From: Tubulanus polymorphus
Lineage: Eukaryota; Animalia; Nemertea
Reading direction: 5' to 3'
Length of the DNA: 64,000 nucleotides
Assembly (NCBI RefSeq): GCF_964204645.1
Contig: NC_134030.1
Span: forward strand, 18,994,210 to 19,058,209
A program made the position numbers and the translations under genes. This document shows positions 1-9,424 of the stretch, piece by piece; position 1 is the stretch's first letter, and each line of letters starts with the position of its first letter. Under the pieces are notes generated by a model. It saw only the letters and a list, made by a program, of their open reading frames with translations. It was not told the origin of the DNA and did not search any database.

Positions 1-311
1 AAACAAATAAACAAGTCCGCAACAGCCAAACATCTCAAATAGAATATACTGGTGTTTTTTGAACGTTCTTTACTGAGAATGATAAAAGACATAACATTCG
101 TGCCGAAGCCAAATATGGCAATGCTGAAAACGACGTAAGTCGTTACCTGTAGTAGAAGATTGACGTGAAACGGTTTGTAATCGGCGTGATGGATGTATTT
201 ACATCGCGGGTGAGGTTTAAACGCTGTCGTCTCGGTGGTGGTTGTCCGGTCCGATCCGTTGAGGTTGAGAAACCGCGCGCTAACTACGGAATCATTTTCG
301 GGTGCCATCAT
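1..311 (-). CDS. Rhodopsin-class (class A) peptide GPCR, FMRFamide-receptor-like; 5' part only, runs off the left edge
   Basis: Open frame from ATG at 311, absent from the ORF track because there is no stop in the window: MMAPENDSVVSARFLNLNGSDRTTT...QVTTYVVFSIAIFGFGTNVMSFIILSKERSKNTSIFYLRCLAVADLFIC. It has N-terminal glycosylation sequons (NDS, NGS), a TM1 with the conserved Asn (GFGTN) and a TM2 LAVADL motif. Confidence 0.88.
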   Translation of the reverse strand, partial: MMAPENDSVVSARFLNLNGSDRTTTTETTAFKPHPRCKYIHHADYKPFHVNLLLQVTTYVVFSIAIFGFGTNVMSFIILSKERSKNTSIFYLRCLAVADLFIC

Positions 312-941
312 TTTAGGCTCACTCGACGTCGAACAGCTACAGTCGATGAAAATAATATTTTGAAACTTCTCAATCTGCGTACCTCATGTAGCAGCTCAGT
401 CGAAAGCAAGTTGCGCTCTGAGCGAATGACAGTCGACGCCGATAAACGCTGTTAGAGACTATTGAACACGATAATCATCAACGTATGAATTGACGGCGCC
501 GAGTTTTTTTAAAATGTAGTATGCAACTAACTGAAGCAAAGCTTACCGTATCATTATTGTACGAATTCAGAAACGCAAGAACATGCCGTCATACGGTGCA
601 ATTTAATATATCTAGCAATGCAGTACGAGATCACGAAAAACTACTAAACGCTGAGGCTTATCTTCACTTCTTTTCAGTCACCGAAATCCAAAAAGTTTGG
701 ACTTGCTCACGGACTATTTCCCCGTGCATTACGGATCTGCGATGAAACTCTCCTTTCGGCTGAATTTGATCACATCTACAACTCTCTTAAAATGGCTTAT
801 CCCGATAATATTTTGAAAATCGCTGTTTCCAAGGCTAATCAAACAACTTTCTTTAATTCTAAACTTACGAAGAAACGCAGGAAAATGCCGCCATATGCTG
901 CAATTTGTTATATATAGCAATTCCGTTACGGAGCGCAGCAT

Positions 942-1190
942 AGATGACTTCGATAAAATACAGTCACGCGAGATGACTTTATAAATGACTGTCGTGCGAT
1001 GACTTCAAACTGGAACGACAATGAATGACTTCAAAACAACACGGTACGACATGACTGCGAAGTCAAATAGCGTGGGATGACTTCAACGAATTGGTGTGAG
1101 TTGACTCCAAAATATAACGGCACGAAATGGCTTAGAAACAGAATGACTAGTGATGCCTTCAACAAAATGAGGCGCCATGCGACTTCGAAA
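942..1190. repeat. Degenerate ~26-bp periodic array with conserved (G)ATGACTTC core
   Basis: About 10 copies of ATGACTTC or near variants, spaced 24-29 nt apart, with divergent sequence between them. Confidence 0.6.
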
Positions 1191-1240
1191 TAAGATAGGG
1201 AAAATTTTTCTTCATTATTGCAGTGGAACGTCGTTACAAT

Positions 1241-1255
1241 ATAATAATAATAATA

Positions 1256-1291
<36 letters not shown>

Positions 1292-1338
1292 TGGTGATGG
1301 TGATGGTGATGGTGATGGTGATGGTGATGGTGATGGTG

Positions 1339-1413
<75 letters not shown>

Positions 1414-1421
1414 GTAATAAT
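1241..1421. repeat. Compound microsatellite (ATA)n-(ATGGTG)n-(ATA)n
   Basis: Read directly from the sequence. Confidence 0.97.
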
Positions 1422-3165
1422 TTATTTACTTATAGAGCGCATTTCTATAAAACATAATCATTGCACTTCACATTATTAAAACAGATAAGACAGGATGCAG
1501 ATTTCAACGGACTTCATAGTATAGGGTGGCTTATCGACAATTTTGAGTCATATTGTTACCGGGTGTACAAAATCACGAAAATTGGCCCTGATGTTCATGC
1601 AAACTTATCAGGGGGGCTTGAAAAACCGCTAGTTCGTTGTGCAGCTGCGCGGTACGGAATCAAATGAATTCCTATCTGGGTCGAAATTCTAAATGAATAG
1701 AAAAATAAATCGTTATATCCGAGTTGGTTATAACGAGAATCTATTGTATTCGCATACGCGTTCAAAACAAGAGATAATACACCAGCTGTCCGTAATTACG
1801 ATACCGGTTCAAACAGTTTAATTTCCCGTTTGAAAATGGCTCACATCCGACTTGTTTCGATGTCGGGCGCAGGCATGCAAAAATACCATTCTTGAAACGT
1901 AAGCTAAACCCTTTCATCTCATCAACGCAAAAATGTCATTAGCTTTGGTACGAATTTTGGCTTTACTTAAAAATGATCGAATTTCGTAAAGCTTCCCAAT
2001 AACAGAGCTGTCCCTAGCATTTGAATTCGGACGGGGGGAGGGGGGTTATAATAACAATAACATTTGCAAAAAGGCACTTTTCCAAAATCGCAACTAACGG
2101 CCCTGTACATAACATAGCTCTAGGATTTAACACATGGATCTGTCAGAAATTATGATTTTCACAGGTACTCTGCGAGTCGATTTCATTCTCATATATAATG
2201 ACATCCATTTGTTTCTTTTAAAAGTCAAAATTTAGCGTGAGTTTCACTCTTCCTCTTTTAGATTATTTGTCATTTCTAGTATCTAAATGCTTTGTTTTCC
2301 GTCATCAATTTGTATGTACCATGAGTATTTGTCGTGAAAGATATATTTCATTGACAATAAAGTTTATCATTATTATAGAACAGTGTATCAGTAGTCCATT
2401 ATAGAATGACGAATTTGAATATTTGGGAAATCTCTAGTTAGGTTTATATTATAGGTATACACACGCTATATGTCGGATATGACACGGTAACCCAAGACTG
2501 TCATCAATAATTTCAATTACGTATATTTTCAGCTAAAAGCAAACTCAACATACTTGATAACAGATAATAGGAACTTATGAAAACAGCTGTCGGAGAACTT
2601 AAAGCAACGAGACTCTATAATACCGTAGAACTCTAAGTCACGACGGTAGCTTGTGATGATTTGATTCGCGTGTTTTATTGATAATTGTGAGTAACTAATT
2701 TACAATCTATTATAGATCAACGATCAATTCATCTACATTTCGTCCGAAATGGAAGAAAAAAACTATTACTGAAATCTATAATTACCAAGTTGAGAGACGC
2801 GTTTCTGAATTGAGATGCGTCTCCTGGCTGCAAACTCATTTTTGATTGATTTGAACACTTTATTTTTCAAATATAATTTACAGCATAGTGTACAAAGCAT
2901 AATACAAAATACAGTAAATTAGACCTGGAGGGGCCTGTAGAAACTAAGGAATAGTTTGTATAAAACAGGTCCCTCAAAAGAGAAAAGAAAAAAAGAGAAA
3001 TGCAATAAAGAAAATAATATGCTCACAGTCAACCCTTAACACACAAAATGCAATCAAAGTAAACTATGATAACAGCTTTATTAAGATATAATCATTTAAT
3101 AAGCCAGTTATTTTCTGAAATATCCAAAAAACAATAATTTTAGTTCGAATAACTGTATGATAAAA

Positions 3166-5950
3166 TCAAGCACAAAGTTGCTTTCTATAATTTCTTAGGA
3201 ACAGTTTAGAATTTTCCATGTTTTTTAGATTTTCACTGATGTTATTCCAAAGTAAAGGGCCGGATACTTTTACTGAAAATTTTCTTCTTAGACTATTGAA
3301 AGAAAGTGTTTGTAAATCTTGACGTCGCCGAGTATTGTGACTGTGGATTTGAAAATTTTCGAATGATTTCGGTAATTCGGAGTGGACAGATCTGTAGATA
3401 AAAGTACCTAGCTGAAGTTTATTAATATCTTTGAGCTTGAGGATATTAAAAGCTTTGAAAATAGGGTCAGTGTGCGCCAAATAATAGGAATTAGAAATTA
3501 GCTCTTTTTTGCAATACAATTAATGGCTGAAGTTTATTTTCAAAATTTCGTCCCCAAACTAAGTTACAATACTGGAGGTAAGGATCAATAAGCGACAAAT
3601 AAAGGGTACGAAGAGAACTCACTGGCAGCTTATATCTTACTCTATTTATTATACCAATGCTTCGAGAAACTTTTTTTTCAACTGATTTTATTTGATCGTC
3701 CCAGGTTAGATTTCTGTTTGATCTCTATATTGTTAATTGATATTCTCAAGTTATGTTTCAATAGTTTACCGAACACCATAAATGACGTCTTCTTTACATT
3801 TAATGACAGCTTGTTTGTTTGAAACCAGGTATACAATTTTGATAATTCAATGTTTACTGTACGTGCTAATCTGTCTAAATTAATGTCACTATAAAAGGCA
3901 TTTGTGTCATCGGCAAACAATATAAGTTTTAACACATTAGAAAATTTAATACAGTCGTTTACATATAATAAAAAAAGCAAGGGACCTAAAATTGAGCCTT
4001 GGGGTACTCCAGTTTTAACGGTACATAACGAGGATTTATAATTTTGAATTTGAACAAATTGTTTTCTATTCTTCAAATAGTTTTCAAACCAGTTGTTAGA
4101 GATGCCTCTTATTCCATAAAAACATAATTTTCTTAATAAGATTTCGTGATCAACGGTGTCAAAGGCTTTTGATAAATCTAAGAATACCCCAATAGTTGAT
4201 TTGTTTTCTTCTAAATTTTGTGAAATTTCATCAGTTATCAATGTTAAGGCCATGGCTGTTGAATGGTTCTTTCGAAAGCCGAACTGGTTTGGGTGAATGA
4301 TATGAAACTTGTTACAATATTCGGTTAATCGATTATACACTTATCTTTTCGAGAATTTTAGAAAAGCAAGGCAGTACGGATATCGGTCTGTAATTATCAA
4401 AAGAGTCATTATTGCCAGCTTTATAGAGTGGACGTATTCGCGCTACCTTCAGTTCAGCCGGCACTATACCGGAATTTAAGGTACAGTTAAATATATGAGT
4501 TAGCGGGTATTTTACAGAATCAATTATTTTCTTAACTACTTTTACAGAGAAACCATCAGCACCAGCGCCTTTGCTGGGTGAGAAATCATTTACAATCTGA
4601 CTGATTTCATCAGGGTGGGTCGGGAAAAAGAAAAAGTTTTCATTTACTGGATCTGTCAGATATTCACTGAAGTGGACACCTGTATCTGGTATTTGATTGG
4701 CTAGGTTGCTACCAATATTTACAAAGAAAGAATTAAATTCATTAGCGATATTTTCATAGCCGTTTGCAACGATACCGTTCCTTTTGAAAGAGCAAGGTAA
4801 TCTACACCGATCATTGGAAGATTTTCCAATTAGACTGTTTAAGATATTCCATGATTTTTTCATGTCGGATTTGGCTGCAAGTAATTTAGTCTCATAATAC
4901 TTTTTCTCGGCATATTTGAGTGTACGAGACAAGGTACGTTTGTAATTCAAATAATTGTTCAAATGTGATCTATTACGCAAAGATTTTCTGTACAAGCGAT
5001 TTTTGTGTTTAATACATTTCAATAATCCAGATGATAACCACGGTTTATGTAATTTATTTTCGTTTATTTTACGGGGAGTTGAAAAAGGAAAACATTCATT
5101 ATATAATTCCATGAATTTAGTGTTAAATGCGCTGTATGAGAGTTGCGGGTCTGCATTACTATAGATATCCGACCAATCAGTGGCCCCAGAAGAGCTCTAT
5201 TGAATTTTGAAATGTTACGTTCACAATAGTTTCTGTTCGAAGTAACCTCTTGGTCAATTTTTGGCTCAACGTGATTACAGACAGTAAAAATAGGAAAATG
5301 ATCCGAAATATCGGTACAAATAATACCCGTACTAAACACATGGCGAATATCGTTACAAAAAATATTATCTATAAGCGTCGAGGATGTGGGAGTGATTCTT
5401 GTAGGTTTATCAACTAATGGAATGAACCCAAATGAAGTCATATTTTCTAAATATTTATCAGTTGGTCTGTGGGCGTTAACTTGTAGTAAATCGATATTGA
5501 AATCGCCCATAAGATAGCATACTTTGTCTTCTCTATTAAGTTTCACTAAAAGTGGAATTAATTCATTATTAAAGCCATTTATGCTTTGTCCGGGTGGTCG
5601 ATAGATCAGACCAATTAATTTATTTTTTTCTTTTTCAAGAATCAATTCAATAAATAGACATTCAAAAGTATTTCTATCCTCGGATAGATCTGGTCTAAGT
5701 TTCACATTAAAACTTTCTTTGAAAAATAGGGCCAAACCTCCTCCCTGACAATTTTTTCTACACTTAAAAACACTTTTCATACCTGGGAGATTATACAGCC
5801 TGCCATTATCATGAAGTTCGCTAGTCCAGGTTTCGGTTAACTCGAAAATAGAAAAGTCAGTTTTTAAATTGCTCAAAAAATATGAAAATGTATCAAAATT
5901 TCTGTTACAACTACGAATGTTTAAGCACAGATTGAAAAATGTTCCTTTTC
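3166..5950 (-). pseudogene. LINE ORF2 (AP endonuclease plus reverse transcriptase), disrupted
   Basis: APE motifs: LNIRS, ETW, GGGLALF, IYRPP, GDFNIDL, PTRIT...LIDNIF, SDHFPI. RT motifs: NYRPISVL, QFGFR, FLDLSKAFDTVDH, GVPQGSILGPLLF, LFADDT. At least five frameshifts or deletions (~5930, ~5180, ~4335, ~3705, ~3515). Confidence 0.92.
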
Positions 5951-6056
5951 AAACTCTACAATAGAGTTTACATCAAAGTATTGACATTTGTTATAATTAA
6001 AGATGTCGATGATGAATAAGTATAGGGTAGATAATACTCGTTAATAGGTAGCATTA

Positions 6057-7529
6057 TTAGACTGATGTTATCGGTAAATCATCCGGGACTGAAATTCTGT
6101 CCTTTTTGGCTATGTGAACAGTTGGGCTAATATCGGATGATGATGTCTGACTTCTGGTTTGTTTTTTATTCTGATCCGGTGTTAATGCACGAAGAAAGAC
6201 TTGTGTAAGTTCTTTGGCACCATCGATTCCAATATGGATTCCTGACCTATCAGTTGAATCAAATAACGACTGGTTAACTGAAAAATTTGGTTGGAATACC
6301 AAATCATTGTCTATATAGTTCAAATGATTTTCACTGTCACATAGCTTTCGAAGATAGTTATTGATCTTTGAGGAAGTGTCATTGTAGGTTAGCGCGGTCT
6401 TACTTTTTCCTTTACGCGGTAGTATACTAGATACATTAATTTGAGCGCTGGGAAATGTATTTCGAAGGATATTTATCATTTTTGACATATCCAGGATTGT
6501 TTGGTCATGATCGTCTTTGTTTCGAGTCATGTCGTTGGTCCCTAGATGGCAGATTATCGATTTTATTTTCGCATTTTCAATAGACGGGTCCCCTTTCTGG
6601 AGAAGTTTATTTACATCATGGGCCGTTGCACCCGAAACGCTGCACACGTGAACGCTTTCCGGAATATCTGTAAACATCAGGCGAGAGCAGTTCGAGTCAC
6701 CCATAATAATATGTTTCGGGGGCACAATTGTCGAGCTAGCGGTGCGGCTCTCTGCAGGTGACATGTCAGTGACGGTAGACTGAGTATGAGTAGGAGTTTT
6801 AACTGTGGAATGTGATTTGTCCTCACATGATTGATGATCAGTTATGTCGTCGTCAAAATTCAGTCTTTTTTCCAACCCCTGTAATATCGGACATTCTGAT
6901 TTTTTATGCCCTTCCTTACGGCAGTAGAAACATAAAACGCCAGATGGACAATTGGCTGCTAGATGGTCTGGAGATTTACATTTAAAACAGAGTTTGCGAG
7001 TACGCAAGAGACAACGATAATACTGGTGATCCGTTTCACCGCAATACACACACTGCGTTTTATTATTATCGCAGTAAAGTCGGACTTCAAATCTTCCAAA
7101 TTTTGAATTAACTGGAATTATACTTTTCACTTTAAGCAATTTAGCATAAATAGAGCCATTCAAAATATCGGTGTTTTTTATTTTCCCTCTTCTGATACTC
7201 CCATTTATTACCTCACCGTATGTCGATAATTGGGAGGCAATGAACGCATCTGATAATTCAACTGGACGTGCATCTTTAATTGTAACGTTCGTAACATCTT
7301 GTACATCGTCAGCTTTATCAATTTTTAACGTGCGGTCTCTTATGTTCGGTGGATTTTTTATGAAATCCTCAACTGCACTCGTGTCCTTGAACGTAATTCT
7401 ACACTCACCAGTTTTTGTGATTTGAATCGCACGCACTCGAACTGATTTAGATCCCAGGGCTGATAGGATATCACTTTCCGTAATCCTTCCACCATAACAA
7501 ACGACCGTGAGAGGTCTTTTTAGATCCAT
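6057..7529 (-). CDS. LINE ORF1p: RRM-like N-terminus, three CCHC zinc knuckles and SGNH/GDSL esterase
   Basis: Uninterrupted 490 aa. Knuckles: CVYCGETDHQYYRC, CFKCKSPDHLAANC, CFYCRKEGHKKSEC. SGNH blocks: IMGDSN, VSGA, HLGTND, DRSGIH. Confidence 0.88.
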   Translation of the reverse strand: MDLKRPLTVVCYGGRITESDILSALGSKSVRVRAIQITKTGECRITFKDTSAVEDFIKNPPNIRDRTLKIDKADDVQDVTNVTIKDARPVELSDAFIASQLSTYGEVINGSIRRGKIKNTDILNGSIYAKLLKVKSIIPVNSKFGRFEVRLYCDNNKTQCVYCGETDHQYYRCLLRTRKLCFKCKSPDHLAANCPSGVLCFYCRKEGHKKSECPILQGLEKRLNFDDDITDHQSCEDKSHSTVKTPTHTQSTVTDMSPAESRTASSTIVPPKHIIMGDSNCSRLMFTDIPESVHVCSVSGATAHDVNKLLQKGDPSIENAKIKSIICHLGTNDMTRNKDDHDQTILDMSKMINILRNTFPSAQINVSSILPRKGKSKTALTYNDTSSKINNYLRKLCDSENHLNYIDNDLVFQPNFSVNQSLFDSTDRSGIHIGIDGAKELTQVFLRALTPDQNKKQTRSQTSSSDISPTVHIAKKDRISVPDDLPITSV

Positions 7530-7608
7530 GTTTCAACTTGCGGCTAACTGAGAATTGAGGTAAAAATCCAAAAACCATATCAGTGACGGAGAAGCGACTC
7601 CTACACCG

Positions 7609-7618
7609 CCGCCATTTT
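7609..7618 (-). promoter_or_regulatory. YY1-type motif at the LINE 5' terminus (putative internal promoter)
   Basis: CCGCCATTTT on + (AAAATGGCGG on -), about 80 nt upstream of the ORF1 ATG; matches the YY1 consensus. Confidence 0.5.
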
Positions 7619-7739
7619 GAATAAGAATGAAATTCGAAATAATGTTTTCAAAACCAAGTTTTGCGTAGATTAGATCGACAAGTAAATCGCGTTTTCGTTA
7701 ATACATGGACTCTAAAATCGTTTTAGATTCCATTGTTAA

Positions 7740-8028
7740 CCCTTTCAGTGCGTCTACACCACAGTGCGGTGTATAAATCAGTGACAGATTTTGCAAGTAC
7801 ACCGCAATGCTGTGTATTGATGTAATTAGTAATTGGTAATCATCTCTCTTGAAAAATGGCAGCACCAGTCAAACATAGAAATACTAGAAACTAACGATAC
7901 ACCGCGCCGTGGTGTAGACGCACTATAATAGTGGTATTCCCGTTATTCAACACACAAGGGTGGAATTTTTAAAAATTTTCAAATTATCTCCAGCACTATA
8001 GGCTATTAATTACTCAGCACTGAAAGGG
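7740..8028. mobile_element. piggyBac-like non-autonomous element (MITE)
   Basis: TTAA|CCCTTTCAGTGC ... GCACTGAAAGGG|TTAC termini, plus an internal inverted pair GTGCGTCTACACCAC / GTGGTGTAGACGCAC. Confidence 0.75.
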
Positions 8029-8263
8029 TTACAATCGGTGTTATTTCCAGTCGAGCGGCGACGTGTTTCGACGTTTTTTATGACGCTGTTACGCTTGATA
8101 GTTATCTCGGTTATTGCCAGAATAATCAACAGTAGTTAGTCATATACTAAGCCAGTTATGAATTAACTTATCGACATGGCGAATTAGCGTTAAAATAAAG
8201 AGGTTTGAACTTGCTCGCGAACCTTAACTACGTATATTCATTGGTACATCGCTCATTGAATTC

Positions 8264-8394
8264 TATATAAGTTTAGAAACGGTGAGTTATGTGCGCGGAG
8301 CATTATTCGAAAGTTTAGGAATCAAATCCAGAAGCACAGGCGGATTTTAGACAACGCGCGTAAATTTCGTTCGGAAATATTACGATTGACCCAA
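8264..8394 (+). promoter_or_regulatory. Putative lipoxygenase TATA box and non-coding first exon
   Basis: TATATAAG at 8264-8271, donor CAA|GTAAGC at 8395, and acceptor TCCAG at ~9338 upstream of the ATG at 9425. Confidence 0.4.
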
Positions 8395-8711
8395 GTAAGC
8401 TTTAAACGTTTTTGAATTCAGTTTTATTTTCGGATTAAGTATTGGCGATTGCGCTCTCCCCGCATAGTGATAAAAATGTGTCGCCAATTTCCATTGGATG
8501 AAAATAGTTACGAAAGATTTTCCAATACAAATGACTAGAGCCCAGATTTGAGATCTGCAGGATCAAGTTCCACAGTTGTGAGTAAATTTGACTCCAGTGT
8601 TAAAAATCATTCAAAATGATTTGATTTTAACTCTAACTCGCTACTGAGGAACCGGACCAGGGTTGTTGTAACATTCGGTGATATTTGATTGATTGACGTA
8701 GAGCGATTGGT

Positions 8712-9120
8712 AGAGACAGCTGATTGTCTGATGGGGTGCAGGTATGTACAAACTGCAGACTGGCTCATGGGGTATGCAGGGTACAAACAGCAGACTGCTC
8801 GAAAAGGCGTCGCACGAGGGACACAGAAGGCAGATTGTCTGACGGGGTGCAGGGTACAGACAACAGATTGTCTGAGGGGTGCAGGGTACAAACAGCAGAT
8901 TGTCTGAGGGGTGCAGGGTACAGACAACAGATTGTCTGAGGGGGTGCAGGGTGCAGACAGCAGATTGTCTGAGGGGGTGCAGGGTGCAGAGAGCAGATTC
9001 TCTGAGGGGTGCAGGGTACAGACAGCAGATTGTCTGAGGGAGTGCAGGGTACAGCTAGCAGATTGGCTGAGGGGCGTGTGACGGGTTACACAGACAGCAG
9101 ATTGGCTGATGCGTTGCTGG
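8712..9120. repeat. GC-rich minisatellite, ~32-33-bp unit CAGACAGCAGATTGTCTGAGGGGGTGCAGGGTA
   Basis: About 11 variably degenerate tandem copies; they explain the spurious ORFs at 8607-9155. Confidence 0.9.
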
Positions 9121-9424
9121 AACAGACAGCAGGGTTCAGTGAAGATAAGCGACAACGCTGTTAATTGTTACTATGCCATTTCATCTACCGGGTTTACTTC
9201 TTCAAACTTTAAAAAAACTGACCGCAGATTGTCCGAGGAGGTTGATACCGACAGTAGTTATCGTATTATTTAGACATTCTACTAAAAGTTAAATATCGCG
9301 GTCTAGTCTAATATCAGTGTTTTAAAAATTCAATCCAGGCTGACAAGAGAAGAAACAAAAGTGCGGTAGTAAGAATTGAATCGCTGAAAAGATAACTAAA
9401 ACCTTAATAAATACGACGATCATT

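Larger units (their letters stand above)
2840..7618 (-). mobile_element. Near full-length non-LTR retrotransposon (CR1/L2 group, Crack/Daphne-like), two ORFs
   Basis: Short 5'UTR, ORF1 at 7529-6057 and ORF2 fragments carrying APE and RT motifs. The 3' end has AATAAA (minus strand, ~2858-2863) followed by a short CAAATCAATCAAA tail. No clear TSD. Confidence 0.92.

Noticed and set aside
165-455. 96-aa + strand ORF
   Set aside because: Largely antisense to the GPCR frame and has no motifs.
942-1190. CRISPR-like appearance
   Set aside because: The core is only ~9 nt and variable, spacers are too short, there are no cas genes, and the context is eukaryotic.
1177-1479. Hydrophobic poly-Ile/Met-Val ORF
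   Set aside because: Translation of a microsatellite.
8607-9155. Cys/Pro-rich repeat ORFs on both strands
   Set aside because: Minisatellite with variable unit lengths and no splice support.
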